A stretch of DNA of 60,747 bases from Rotaria socialis (lineage: Eukaryota): positions 248,001 through 308,747 of the forward strand of contig CAJNYD010000223.1 of the NCBI GenBank assembly GCA_905331295.1, in the 5' to 3' direction. The notes under the pieces were generated by a model. It ran no database searches. It was not told where the DNA came from and worked only from the letters and a program-made list of their open reading frames with translations. The translations under genes and the position numbers were made by a program. Shown piece after piece: positions 38,338-53,375 of the stretch. The stretch's first letter is position 1. The number at the start of each line of letters is the position of its first letter.

Positions 38338-41300
38338 ATGAATGATTCAATGATTAATTCCATCTTGTTACCATCGTCGATTCATCTTGAAAATCTTGAA
38401 CAACTAATAAAAAATCTCGAACAACAAACACTCAATATCGATAATTTCGAAAATACATTAAACAATGATAATAATCAAAAATTACTGGATAACTCCTATT
38501 TATCGGTCTCATCAAATACAATATCTATTGATAATGCATTAGATGAAAGTTTCCTTCTGAAAAGCATCAAAATAAAAAATGATCCTACAAAAGACAATCA
38601 TACCGATGAAAGTATATCTATAGATAGTCTTTCAGTTCAACGCGATTTATTTATTCATGAAGATCTACAACAACAAAATCGACCAGTTAGTAATGATCAA
38701 AGTTTATGTCAAGATCACGATAGTGGATTTACATGGGACGATCAATACGACACACAAGCCAACTATTGTATAGCTTTTAATATTGATAAATCACAAGAAC
38801 TCGATTCGAAATACGATAAATCATCTCGTTCACAAACAAATCAAAAGTCAAATTCTGTCTATTCCGATGACGAGATTCTCTCGAATATGATCAATAATAT
38901 AAATGATTGGTCTATGCGATCGGATTGCAATGCTTTCGAACAGCCAATTAATCGATCGGAAAATATTCATTCACAATTTCATCTGCCTTCGTCTACATGG
39001 CCGCAATCAATACAAAATAATAATGCGTCTGGTTCATCAACATCATGGCGTCAAATGAAACAAAACCAACGAGCAACAACACAAGAAACAGACGAACAAG
39101 AGACACGACCACTTTCGCCTATAAATCTTTATAAAATTTTCCAACAAAAATCTAATGCGATTGCAGTATCACCTCGAATCGCTTTTCAACCGTATCGACA
39201 ACAGAATGATGCTTCGGATAAGATGACGACAGAAAAATCAACCACATCACAAAGTCATTCACATATTGATCAAGCTAATCAAACGTCTATTCATGTTGAT
39301 TCTTCATTGAACAATCAATGTCAAACAACATCTCCCATAGGTAAAATACTACTCACTTAAAAGATTTGAAAAGTATCGTTTCTTTTCAGGATCGAAATCA
39401 AAATCATACGATAATCTCAATTTACCATGTTCAGCAGTCGCATTTTCTATTAATAAATCGTTACCCGATCTTTCTTTTATCTCGCAATATTCAAAAGAAC
39501 TACCTCGATCTCAAACAACATCACCAGTGCCACGATCGTCTTCATTGTTTCTCAATGCTGCTCGAACAACATCATCTCCAACATTAGTTCATCTTCAAAA
39601 ACATGATTCAGATCGACCTCGTACACTTAAATCAATAAAAAGATATAAAAATAGTAAACATTCTACTGAGCCCTTAGGCGCTTTCTACAGTCCACAATTA
39701 CGAAATACTTCTACTTCTACACCCAATTCAACGGCGATCAAAATGAAATTACCATCACCTTCATCGATTCAATCAGAACAGCAGCAAAAACTGAGCTTAA
39801 AATCTTGTTTGAAATATCAATCGAGAGCCAATTCTTGTGATATTCAAGTAACACTGAGAGATCAAAAGCCACGAACATCGTCATCATCGATTCCTACATT
39901 ATCAATTGATCAAGTAAGAATAGATCCTATATAATCCTCATTATAGCAAAAGAACTTCGGTCTGCTATAGAAAAACTTTCTTTGGATGTCGATCAAGACT
40001 CTTACTTTTGGATATTAACTCAACAAGTTACATGAGAATATGGATTTCAAAGTCCATTAAATGATTAATAGAAATAGACATCCACTATTTGGTAGTTTGA
40101 CAAGGTTTCTAATGCTTTGTTTATACTAATAAATATGCGTATTGTTAATCTTTTTGCTATTTCGCTTCACGCTTTTCTCCAGTATAATTAGCTGATTTTC
40201 GCTTTTGATTTTCTATTGACACGAACAATATTTACGATGAAAATCGTTGTTTACTTTCTAGGACTCAAATTTCCGTTCAAGAATTGACGGATTTAAATCT
40301 TCCGACGCTATTTATTCAACAAGTAACTGCCCGAATAACATCAATAGTTATCAACGAGAGCATCATTCTGAATATGATCTTCCATTACTCATCGAACAAG
40401 TTAATCAAACAAAGAAAAGTGTTAGCTTTTCGGGGAACATTTCTAAACATGCTTTATCATCGTCGAATGCATCAATTGCATTCAATGAAAACAAAGATAA
40501 ATTAAAAAATCGAACAATCATACGCCATGGTGAAATGCGTCGATGTCAAAGTAAGTTATTTGAGTAGGGTCAGCTCATTTATTTTTATTTATTTGATTCA
40601 AAAGAAACTTAATCCAAACGAGATAATGATTATATGCATTGCCATTCGCCATTCATATCTTCTATACTAATCCGATACGATAAACTATTGTTGCTTTTCT
40701 CTTTTTTTTTTACTCTAGCTGACATTATTCATATTGATCCTGTTCTTCATCGATATACATTCAATGATAGTCCACCGAATGAATTTTGTTTACAACAAGA
40801 TGATGATATTTTAATGGAAGAATCTTATGGAAACGTTGATGAACCGCTAGAAGAGAATATAGTTGTTTCGTCGTCGCCTTTTCATTCAACAAAGATCGCA
40901 TCAAATGAAAATGAAACGAATCTCTGTGATCAACCAATGATGACAAAGAATGTGTCGATATTTGATTGTATGATGAAATTTAATTTATTTCAAATTAATG
41001 ATTTTCTGTCGTTATTTAGATTTATTAGAAACGATCGTTGATATCATTAAACGTCTATTTGAAATAAAACAATCAGAAAAAGTAATTATGAAATGAATTT
41101 TTTTTTTTAATTTAATCTATTTATTATTTGTTATTATAAATAGTCATTCTTTCTCAATAATGAAAATAATCTTCAATTAGATTCTCTACTTAAAAATGAG
41201 TTTTGTACAGCAATTCAAAATATTCTTGAACATGGTCGAAAAGATTTCAAAAAAATAACCCTATGGAAAATTATTGAAATGTCAATGAGTCAAAACAGTT

Positions 41301-42665
41301 CATCGTCATGTTCGGCAAGACAAGTTCCCGAGATTTATTCTGAAAGTAAAACAATGGCACAGCATATTTCATCGAATTGGCTCTATAGATTTCAAGCATT
41401 TATCTTCCAATTATTAAAGTTCGTTCTTTTTTTTACTATACATGAAATGCTGAAGTATCTAGGGATACAAATCTTGACAATCCCCGAATAGAAAGCTAGA
41501 AATACGAAATGACGTTTGTGAAACACGATCTGAAAGGAGTGCTGAAGTATATAAGGTAGAAATTTGGACCCCCACAGACTGTTACAGAAAAATTAATTAA
41601 TTAGGAACTTTCTTAATTAATTAATTAATTATTTTCTCTGTAACGGTTTGTGATGGTTTCTAGAGACTCCATACATCATCATACAACCCGTAACAGAGAA
41701 GCTCCACAGACCATCACTGATCGTGATTGACGGATTCCAGAAAAGGAGTTTCATCGTGTTTCACATTTTAATCCTACAGGGGTTGCCCTAACAGCTTTTC
41801 TAATATTATCTCGGAGTGAACTTTCAAATTCGAAAAGGAATTTCCTATCTGCTTAGTTGTTTAATCGAAGCTGAAGCTGCCTAATGATCAGTGACAGTAT
41901 TTCTATTCCGCAGTAATAGAATTAAATATCCTATTTCTTTTTTCTAGTAAAAATGAATTAATCAATTGGCTCTATTATTTTACAAGACAAAAAGATATTA
42001 TTCAATACTATTATCAACCGCCTGATGCTTTAGTTCTTGTTTCTATTCCAGCGACATTTAATCTATTCGAACGAATTATGACTCAATTAGAAAAGCTAAC
42101 ACCACTTGCATTTCAATTAACATACCATGTACCGAATGCTTCACTATTAAATGATGATCAGTTAAGTACATCTATGATTAGTGTGCATTCATCTAAAGCA
42201 AATGCACGAAATTGGCTGATGTCTATATCACGACGAACGTCAAAAAATTTAACGCATTCGATTGTTCAAAACAATTCTAATGAGACAATTCGTTCAACGT
42301 TGACCAAGAAATTTAGTACACTATTTTCCAGAACAAATCCACAACAGCAACACCAACAAAGAAAATCATCGTCTGTCGTAACAACAAAATTACCAGAACC
42401 TAAACAACAACCGGTATCATCAGAACAATTACGTCGATTAAATCAGCCCGATTTCGTCACAAATTCATTAGCCACAGCTACAACAAATAAGTCAATTGTT
42501 GTTTCAAATGAAAAACTACATGGTTCAATACCACGAAATGTAGCATCCACTACGGCGCCTATGGGAATATTGTCAACATTTCAAACGAAAATGTCACGTA
42601 CTTCATTAAACATTGATACTCCGAAATCAACCAAATATCATACAAAAGTACCTTTGCTAAAATAA
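38338..42665 (+). CDS. RUSC (NESCA/iporin)-like RUN-domain protein with long disordered N-terminus; no SH3 seen
   Basis: RUN exons ~41020-42130: LLKNEFCTAIQNILEHG..LWKIIEMS..EIYSESKTMA..YRFQAFIFQLL|NKNELINWLYYF..IIQYYYQPPDALV..LEKLTPLAFQL, aligning by eye to RUSC RUN (LCPALHALVADG..PWSVVEAS..RFHAFILGLLNTKQLELW..LQPLSVLTFHL). Confidence 0.75.
41517..41765. mobile_element. Nested palindromic element in the RUN-gene intron
   Basis: Outer IR tgtgaaacacgat (41517) / atcgtgtttcaca (41765); inner hairpin cacagactgttacagaaaaattaattaatt...aattaattattttctctgtaacggtttgtg (41574-41652). Confidence 0.6.
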
Positions 42666-42812
42666 TTTTTTCTTCTTACTATTTTAATGTAATTTTGTTT
42701 TCTTTTTCTTCCTATTTTATCATTCCATTTAATCTGATGAATTTTCAAGTCCAAAAATTATGGGTTGCTACTCTTGCCTTTTTGTTTCTCTGTATGAAAA
42801 TACTCGAATTTC

Positions 42813-42854
<42 letters not shown>
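42813..42854. repeat. (AAT)14 microsatellite
   Basis: Read directly from the sequence. Confidence 0.95.
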
Positions 42855-42855
<1 letters not shown>

Positions 42856-43328
42856 CGATACATTACCTTCGTTAAAAATGTATTTATCAAATACTCGAAA
42901 GGAAAGTAATCGTATGATGACAAGTGCATTGATTCAATGCGAATAAGAATCCGATCGAGACGATTGACGTTCTCATCAAAGTCTAACCAGCGTTCTCTGA
43001 TCAAAGCTAAAAGGAAAGAGTTCGATATTATATTATATATTTATGACAAGATATCAAGCGGTGACAGTCGCCCATGACGAAACTGGAGAAAGAGCAAACC
43101 TCATCGTTGAAGCGACTTTATCGAATTCTGATTAGAATATTCTATGAACAGTATAAAATCACGATTCGACTGGATCCGGGTCTAAAAATTCTTTTTTTTT
43201 TGCTGGTTATGGGCTTTGCTGAAATCCATGAAGTTCTTCGGGTTGAAATAAATTCTTCGTCGGCAAACTTAAAAATATATGCATTGTTGCATTCAATGAA
43301 TTTTTCAATATACATTTCAGATATTATA

Positions 43329-44084
43329 ATGGCAGAAGGAGGTAATCAAACAACAGCTTCTTCCTCGTCTATGGTCGATGGTGTCAGTAAAGAATATCTT
43401 GCCAGTTTAATTGAAATGGGTATTGATGAAGCAGCTGCTCGACAGGTTATTCATATTGAACTATATTATTTCAATGTCTTTTCACAATACGATCGTAGGC
43501 CTTAACAATCGTCCATAATCGAAGTTTAGAAGAGGCTTTAGCTATTATTTTTGGTGAACCTTTACCATCAGCAAGCAGCACAACTACCAAAGAACAAGCG
43601 GTTCAAGTGTCTCAATCCGTATTCGCTTCTTCTTTTCTAATCAATTTCAACTCCATTATCTATTTAGAATATCACTGTCGACGACGATATTGGTGTAAAC
43701 GTTGCCACATACAAAATGTTATTTGTTGTTAATGGTTCCTTAGACATGAGTTCGGGTAAAATGGCCTCACAAGTTGCGCATGCTGCAATTGATTTGTATC
43801 AAAAATTAATTGAAAAACGTTCAAAAGCTTTATTCCATTGGCAAGAATATGGTGAAACAAAAATTGTTGTTCGTGGCAAATCAACTGACGAACTGCTTGA
43901 TATTTTATCTGGTGCAAAAAAGAACTCATCTATAACAACATCAGTTGTTGAAGATGCTGGTCGAACGGAAATAGAAAGCGGTTCGATTACATGTGTTGGT
44001 TTATTTGGTACAAATGAACAATTAAAACCAATTACAGGTCATTTAAAATTAATGCAAGACTGTTTAAAATGTAATGGGAAATAA
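43329..44084 (+). CDS. Peptidyl-tRNA hydrolase 2 family protein with N-terminal UBA-like domain
   Basis: Exons 43329-43445, 43499-~43606, 43668-44084: KEYLASLIEMGIDEAAARQ|ALTIVHNRSLEEALAIIF (UBA-like), then YKMLFVVNGSLDMSSGKMASQVAHAA..GETKIVVR..VEDAGRTEIESGSITCVGLFG..ITGHLKL (PTH2). Confidence 0.92.
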
Positions 44085-44165
44085 TATTCAACTAAACAAC
44101 TACAAAATTTGATTTAAATTGAAAGAAGAAAAAAAAGAACGTTTTGTATTTTTTTGACTAGAACA

Positions 44166-45277
<1,112 letters not shown>

Positions 45278-47743
45278 AATCGTGCTCTACTGTTCTTCGA
45301 ATGTACGATCGGTAAAATAGACTACTGTAGTTCAAGTTTGATGGCAAGATTTCTGCTTACTCGATATTTTCCTTTTTTTTTCTACTTAATGTAAACATTA
45401 GCCAATCACAGCTTTAAAAAATCAATTGGTTATCCAATGAAAAAGTTTTTTTTCTTCTTTTCTTTTTCCGATCTTTGTGACATTTGTTTCAATAGACGAA
45501 AGATATAGCCATCCGGTACTTAATTATCAAAATGTTGTTCATTCTATGAACAATCCGGATATGCAAAGTGATTTATGAACTCAAGTCGAATGAGTTTGCC
45601 TATAAAGAAGAAAAAAATCAGTAAGAATAGATTGACGAAAAAGCTAAGAATGTTATTGAGTAGTCTATTCATTCAAGAATAATGATAATGGGACAAGTGC
45701 ACTGTACGTTTCGAGAACGAATAATGAAGAAAAAGCAAGAGAACAGGAAATGTCGTTGGTGCTTAGTCAATATAGATGATTGTTGCACTTGTTGTCTGGT
45801 TTAATTTTTCCGTGTATTTGAAAGTAATGATATTCTAGACGGACGAAGATTTCTTTTTATCAAAGAAAAAAGAAGAAAACTTGTTGTTTGAATTCAATTA
45901 TGTAAGTGGAAGCAACTCCGATTGAAAAAAAAGATTCTGCTAAATAAATCGATTGTTTATCTGCAAAGCACTATATATATATATATATATAAGTAGAATA
46001 GTGAATATAGTTTTTTTTTATTCTTGAAATTGTATTGATGATTTTGATTGAACAATGAAGAGAAGCATCGAATCGACATTGCCCATTTGAGGTCATAGTG
46101 TAGATCGTTTTTAGATGAATTAAAGATTTCTCTATATGTTCTAATGGAATAAAGCTATTCAAAGGCCAGAAGTGCTTCTAATAAATTGCACTTCAATTTT
46201 TTTGTACAATGTTCCGAGAAAAAAAGAAACCTTCAACTAAGAAATTTTGTTCGTGCACAACTCTTTGGAGATGAGATTGAATTATGTATGAGCGAAGCAA
46301 TAGAGGTAAGTCGGAAGAAAACAATACTATCGCTAAGTAGAATGATCTAGAGAATGTTATGAGTGTACTCGCAATTTTATTCTCAGCATGATTAATTAGT
46401 ACATTCAATAGACTGATTTGAAGCAGTGTGTTCTACAGGATTCTAATTTCATCCTAGAAGAAATCTATCTATTTCAATTGAACACTAGATTTATTACATC
46501 AGTGTAAATCGAAAAAACAGTTCAAATCAATCACACACTTAAAAGACTCGTCTGCTCTATGAATTGAATAAATGTTGCTGGATTAAAGAACATTTTTTTT
46601 TCAAATTTTCTACGAATTGAATCGAATAGTATAACAGAAAATTTTGTTTCTATTGTCCTACTCTTCGAAAACAAAATGCATTTCATGTAGCGAGATCTCT
46701 TTCGCACGCTGCTAAAATTCATTTGGAAAAATTTTAGAAATTTCCCATGCCGTTAACCTTTAATCTTTATACTTCTATTTCCAAGCAAATCACAATCGAA
46801 AACCATTTAGTACCGATTTTTATATTTAATTTTTGAAGCTCAATGGCCTTTCATACTCTATGAAACGACAAAAAGATCATTAGAATATATGTTAGCCACT
46901 ATAAACCTATTTCCTGTTCGTTTGTTTTAGATGCTTTCATTCTAAATGCTTACATGTTTAAGTAAATGTGTGTGATTTAGATTCTTACTTTTCAAAAAAA
47001 AAGACAAAGGGCTTTTTTCTTATCCTTTATTTATCAATCAAAATCTTCTATCATCTCTTATACATGTCTTAGATGTATAATATATACACGTATGCATATA
47101 TCTATATATCTCAATAAGTCAAAACAATCTCTTGTCTTTCTATTGACAAAACGTGTCAAACAACACTTGAGGATTATCAATAATAGAGAGGACACATCCT
47201 TTTTCTCGTCCTGGATTAATTGTATAGAACACAGTAACAGGAGTACAAAAAAAAAGAAAGCTACGAAAAATAAAAAACGAACCCTCTATAAGCACGTGTA
47301 GTAATTGTCAATTGTCAAAAAAGAAGAAACAGAACAAAATTGAGCCTCTTGTCACACGTGCTTGTTATTATTCATAGAGAAATCAGTTATGTAATAATTA
47401 CAACATAATCAAGCGGATGTTTAGCTGTTGTTGTTGTTGTTGTTACCGTTGCTGTTCATGATTTCTTTTCAAGTAGAATTGGTCAATGAATGATTGAAAG
47501 AACGAACATGTATGTGAATAAAATGATATAAATGACGGCACGTTCGGCGCATCATCGAGATCCGAGAAAATGTTATCGAATAATTTTAATTGCACAACGG
47601 ATTTATAGTAAAGAATTAGAAGAGAGAAAACAAAGAAGCAACACACACACGCACAAGGAAAAGATCAGTCAGTCGAATAGTGATTAACTTTTTTCCTATC
47701 GATTATTCATTACATACTATTGAAAACAAATTACAAAGAGCAC

Positions 47744-48601
47744 ATGCATCCTTATACATCAAACTATCCTGTCCCACCGTATCCATCATTATCATCATTT
47801 GTCCATCCACTCATACCGTCAGCCAATACGAATGTTATGACATCGTTTCCATTTTTTCATGGATCGCCTGATCGATTTACGGGTATTGATAAAATAAAAG
47901 TATTTTTCGCTTTTTTGACATCATGCGAAATCAATTCTAGAATTCCTTCTCGATTCTCGGCATCCACGTAAACAGCGTCGATCTCGTACGGCTTTTACAA
48001 GCCAACAGTTACATGCATTAGAACGATGTTTTGTTAAAACTCACTATCCTGATGTTGTCGTGCGAGAAAAACTTGCTCTTTATACAAATCTACCTGAAGC
48101 TCGTGTTCAAGTAAACCGAAAATATTCTTTTTAAGAGTATGTGTAAAAATAAAATACGTTTTAAAATAGGTCTGGTTTAAAAATCGGCGAGCCAAATATC
48201 GGAAGAAACAAAAAATACTAATTGATACGTCCAAAAAACTAACAACGGTTGTCAACGATATTCAATCAAGTGACGACGACGATGAGGATGATGAATCGAA
48301 CTTAAAACATGATCCAATAATGGTCAATATTAAAAATACAGGTGATTTTTATTTTTTTTTCATATTGTTTTTTTTGTTGTTTTTCATTTTCTAATATTAT
48401 TAAGACGCACCAATAATACAGACATCATCGACTTTAATGTGTCATCAATTATCATCACTCGGTCGAATGTCGTCCTATGCATTGAACAATGAACAGCACT
48501 TCAAAGCCGATTCATCAATATACAATTTTTCTACTAATGATGAACAATCGAAATGGCGTCCAAACTCATTGAAATATCATATTGAAAGTTTATTACAGTA
48601 A
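47744..48601 (+). CDS. DMBX1: K50 paired-like homeobox protein, Dmbx class
   Basis: Exons 47744-47882, 47941-48110, 48170-48341, 48405-48601; [62 protein letters not shown] matches the DMBX1 homeodomain, with the PRD-class intron between Q and V. Confidence 0.9.
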
Positions 48602-49540
48602 CTTCATATTGACATAAAAAATAATATTTATAAAAAACAATAATTGTCTTTCATAAAAAAAAATGAAATTCCAGGATGATAAACATCAAATGATATTTAT
48701 GCGCTGAACTGTATTTTTAACTCACAAAAGAAATCAAACTGTCGAGTGCCAATATCTGAATTGTAGTTTTAGACTTAAAGTTATTTGCAAACTATGACCT
48801 AAAGTCTAGACGAAAAAAAAATTGGTTGTGGTTGTAGGTATCAGTCGTTTCTCACAAATATCAAGAACCACATCCGCACCGCCATACTTACACGTAAGAT
48901 TTGCTATGAGTATGTATATTTCAAAAAAAATACTCTTGTTACTTAGCTTGCTAATTAAAAATCATTTCCATCTTGAGAAAAAGATTCGCTTTACCTCTAT
49001 CGATTCGTACTGAATTTTAATTTTTTCAAAGTGGACTCTTCGACTGCTAAAAACGTGCTTAAAGCAATTTGCTACTGATACAGAAACCATCAATAGCAAA
49101 AACGAAACAAAAAAAGATATACTTGAATTTGATCTGATAGGAATGAAAAACAACGAGACGATGAAATATTTATTGCGAAAACAAATATTCGTAACAACGA
49201 TATTTACAACCAAACATTAGTCTCGATTATACGACCCATTAATAGTTTTATATAGACTCTGTATCTTTATTGCATATAGTTATAAGCGGAAAGGTTATTT
49301 CCAATTTTGAATTTTATCTAAGGCATGAATCATACCTTGATTCTTTCTCTGTTCTCTCATGCCTTCGTAATTTCAGCACATGGCGTAAAACATGCAATAT
49401 TTCTCACTTGTGCAAGACCAACCTATTTAGTGCTTCAACCTTCACTTTCCTATCAGCAATAACAAAATTGTTTACTGTCATCCTCTTCACGTTTCTCATA
49501 CAATTTCATTTTTCTTTACTAAGACTCGATCTTGGGTCAC

Positions 49541-50719
49541 ATGATGGCTTCAACTACCAAATTTCAATCTCCTGTTATACCAAGAGATTCTGATGGGTTC
49601 GTCAAATCTTTCACGTTGTCAAGCTACAACTGTCCTGAAGCTACTGAAGCACGTACTTTTTTCGAAAAATACGGTTTCGTAGTGATTGCAAATGTCTACA
49701 CACCAGAACAATGTAACGATACTATCTCAGACATTTGGAATGTAATCGAATCCTTCGTGAGACAGCCTGTGCGAAATGACGAACAACTTTGGACTCCCGA
49801 GTATGTTATATTCAGTCTTGTTAATATTTTTCATATGAATTTAATCTACCGTATTACTGTAGAATTTGGAGTAGAACAGGCATTGTACACGAAGGTATCA
49901 TTGGTGGCGCTAGTCTGTGGACTCGTCAAATCTTACTCAATCGGCAGACACCAGCTCTTCATACTGCTTTTGCAAGTGTACTTGGAACAGAAAATCTTCT
50001 GGTGAATCAAGATCGTTACGGAATGTTTCGACCTGCTAAAAAACATCCTGAACGTTCCACGACGACCAATTTACATTTAGATATGAATCCATGGCTTTAT
50101 ATTGACGGTTTGTTCTCATGTCTTTTAGGATACTCAATAGATTTTCGTTTGCTTATGTGCTTTAGACGATGACAATTCGCACCAATTAGAAATTCTCAGT
50201 AAGCTGCGCTATAAATCTGATATTGATTGGATCACAGAAAACAATGAGCCCGGGTGTGCCAAAGTCGATGAACTGCATGTACAAGGTCTTGTCAATCTTG
50301 CCGATAATCTGGAAGAAGATGGTGGATTCTGGTTAGTTCCTGGTTTTCACAAATATTTACCACAATGGGCTGCTGATCATAGAGAGATGCTTAATATTTA
50401 TGGACACTACAATCAGTTTATAATGATTGGCAGAAAGTACATTCCAGAGTTATATGATGCTGCTTGTCACATATCCAGTCGTGCCGGTTCAGCTATTCTA
50501 TGGGATCAACGAACAATGCATGGGTCGCGAGCGAATTGCAGTGCGCGCCCTCGATACGCTCAATTTTTCAAGATGTTTCCCGTTGATCATCCAGCTATGA
50601 CACCAGAGAGAGCAGAAAAACGAAGTAAAGCAATTATGGTGAAGCTACAAGCCGTTAATATTGATCCAGAGACGGACATAACTCCGCTGGGTAGAAAGCT
50701 CTTTGGTCTTGCAACTTAA
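49541..50719 (+). CDS. Fe(II)/2-oxoglutarate dioxygenase, PhyH (phytanoyl-CoA dioxygenase) superfamily; HGT candidate
   Basis: Three exons (49541-49800, 49863-50107, 50166-50719): FFEKYGFVVI, NLHLDMNP (HxD), VQGLVNLADN..DGGFWLVPGFH, AGSAILWDQRTMHGSRAN (distal His), PRYAQF (2OG-binding Arg). Confidence 0.88.
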
Positions 50720-51096
50720 GCAGACAATATAACTGTTAAAAGAGATCAATGTGACGCTAAGAAGTTTCCTAAAGCTAAGATTTTACTTTGTTCGGTTTTA
50801 ATAAAGAAATTAAGCTTGACGAAGTGCTCATCTAATAGTAATAAGAACGAGATATGTATGTGAAGAGAAAATCGATCTTCATACGTTCTGCTTGAGCATA
50901 GCAATGGCTTACAATGAGGATCAGCTGATTGAAAACAAATGAATCATCTGATTTGACATCAGTTATTGAACGAAAAAAATGTGAATATAAAAAAGGGAGA
51001 AAAATATTTTTGATAGCAATGATTCAGAGAAATGTTTTTACTTTTATAGGTTTTGTAACTTAATGAATGCAGAAGTAATTATTGAGCGATTAAAGG

Positions 51097-51412
51097 TAGG
51101 GATGCAACGGTGACGATTAATCGTTCACCGTTCCACCGCTTGAGACCGGTGAAAGCCGGAAAGACTACGAAACACCTACGGCGAAGGCCGGTTGTTTCTA
51201 AGATTCAGAGATATCTCTATCAGTGTGATCTGGTAGCACCGGCCTTCACCGTAGGTGTTTTGTAGTCTTTCCGGCTTTCGCCGGTGAACCGGGCCCCGTC
51301 CACCGTTTCACCGCTCCCCGGTCCAACGGTGCACCGCTCCACCGTTTCACCGGTCTCAAGCGGTGAAACGGTGACGGTGGAGCGGTTTTTGATCGTCACC
51401 GTTGCATCCCTA
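51097..51412. mobile_element. hAT (Ac/Ds-like) foldback MITE, 316 bp
   Basis: TIR TAGGGATGCAACGGTGACGAT / ATCGTCACCGTTGCATCCCTA; palindromic interior with CCGGT/AACGG motifs; 8-bp TSD not preserved. Confidence 0.85.
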
Positions 51413-52630
51413 ATAAACATTTTCGTCAACATCAAGTGAAACGAGTGGATTTATCAACTCTGTTAGTAACTCATATAGATATAAAAAGATGATTTTTTTT
51501 CGAATTCTTTTCTCTTCTTTTTTTCCTAAACAATATGTGATTTTCAGTAGAAAAGACTAGCGAACTCTACATCATTTTGAAAAGTATCCGATTTGTATTA
51601 GGAAAGCCCTATTGAACTATTCAGATTTATTATTCAAATTTCGGTTCAGTTTGCTTAGTAGAAATCGGAGTTATCTCAACAAGTTTATAAATGTTTTAGT
51701 AAATGTTATACTAATTTAAATTTGTAAAACTCTGGTTTAATTTTGCCTAAATCTCGATTTTGCCTGAGACATATTTTTATATTTGGTGATCCTTGGACTC
51801 TCCTCTTTCCAATGGTATATAAATTTCCTTTTACTGACTTATTATCGAGGAGAAATTAGCGGTCTACGAAGAAGAGCTGCAACTGTCGCTAATAAGTATC
51901 GATTCCCTAATAACGACGGCCAGCTAAATTATTCACCTTAATAACGACGCTCCAGCAAAATATAAGCGAAAAGCTACTTTTGAAGAAAAAAAGGCTTTTT
52001 TCACGTTTTCTATGAGAAATCGAGGCGAGGTCTATTAGACAATTTTGTAGAGCGGATTGAACTCTACTATTATCTAGCGGTTCACGAAAAACTGACTTTG
52101 TTTTAATGGATTGCAAAATCTAATGAGAAGATATCCTAAATTGATTTTTAAAAAAATTTCCTTAATAACGACGCCCAGCTATTTTTTTCCCTAATTACGA
52201 TACATCCACGAAACTTTGTGTATGACTGTACATAGAACTGAAACCAATATTCATTTTATTAGTACGATGGATTCTGATCGTTTTCCACCACTTTATTTTA
52301 GATTTCATGACAAGTCAATTTTTCGAGGCTGGGGTCCCCCTCAGGTCTTCGAAAAACATTTTTTGCCTTCGTTTAATTTATGATTCTTACAATTCAATAG
52401 ATCTCTGTGTGCTGATTATGAATATCGTATTATTTTTCAAAATTCATAGAGTAATAAGAAAAATATTGAGCCTTTAAGATAGACCTAAAAACCCGTTTTT
52501 GGCCAATACGGTCATTAATATTCCCCTAAAACTCTTTGAGAATAGACGCATTCGACGCAGAATCTTTTTCTCTATCAAAATATATGAAAAACTTTTGAAC
52601 CAAATAATGTTTTGCCATCGACAATAAGCC

Positions 52631-52847
52631 AATACCGGGCCCAATGGGTCCCTATGCTTACTAAAAGTGGTTCTTTCGACCGTTTTTTACTGCAGAATTT
52701 CAAGCCAAAAATAGTTTTATTGGAAAGAGGTCATTGAATTATGTTTGTGGCGAAAAAATCACGATGATCTATCCGGGCAAACTGTGTTTTCATAGGGTCG
52801 AAAAAATCACTTTTACTAAGCATAGGGACCCATTGGGCCTGGTATTA
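52631..52847. repeat. ~40-bp inverted repeat pair within TE debris
   Basis: aataccgggcccaatgggtccctatgcttactaaaagtg vs cacttttactaagcatagggacccattgggcctggtatt. Confidence 0.8.
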
Positions 52848-53064
52848 CTAATTTACGCGAACAGCACGAACAGCCAAGTTTGTGAGATCGCATATAAGTC
52901 ACCTTTACGAACACCCACAGCGCGTAGAATTATATTCACGAACATCCATTTTCTAGGAGCAATAATGAAAAAAACTGCCAACAAAGACTAAAAATGACCC
53001 CTCTCAACACGAACACCCAGAATCTCTGTTATAGCCTACGCAAACACCTTAAAATTTTTCTTAT

Positions 53065-53375
53065 GAACACCCACAGAACTCCATAAGCTACATTTTGACC
53101 AAAGGACATGGTATCCTAGAATAAATCCTTATAGGACTTTTTCTCTGAAAACACGAGATCGATTAAATTTGACCATATATGCCCAAGAGGTCCATTTTAA
53201 AAGCTTAATAGCACCCAAATTACTCCTACGAACACTCACAGAACTCCATAAGCTACGTTTTGACTAAAGGACATGGTATCCTCAAACGAATTCTTATAGG
53301 ACTTTTGTTCTCAAAATACATGTGATGGGTCGAAATGTGACCATGTACACCCAAGAGGTTCCTTTTAACGCGTTC
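53065..53375. repeat. Two tandem ~165-bp units
   Basis: gaacac(c/t)cacagaactccataagctac(a/g)ttttgac(c/t)aaaggacatggtatcct starts at 53065 and 53230; partial gaacaccc motifs upstream. Confidence 0.85.

Noticed and set aside
42768..43004. ORF with poly-Ile resembling a TM helix
   Set aside because: Translation of the (AAT)n microsatellite.
43074..43328. N-terminal extension of the 143-aa ORF upstream of UBA-PTH2
   Set aside because: Lies upstream of a strong acceptor at 43320; likely intron or intergenic sequence open by chance.
51220..51435. 71-aa ORF
   Set aside because: Lies within the palindromic hAT MITE and has no transposase motifs.
52900..53375. CRISPR-like repeat array
   Set aside because: Eukaryotic context, only two long degenerate units, no unique spacers or cas genes.
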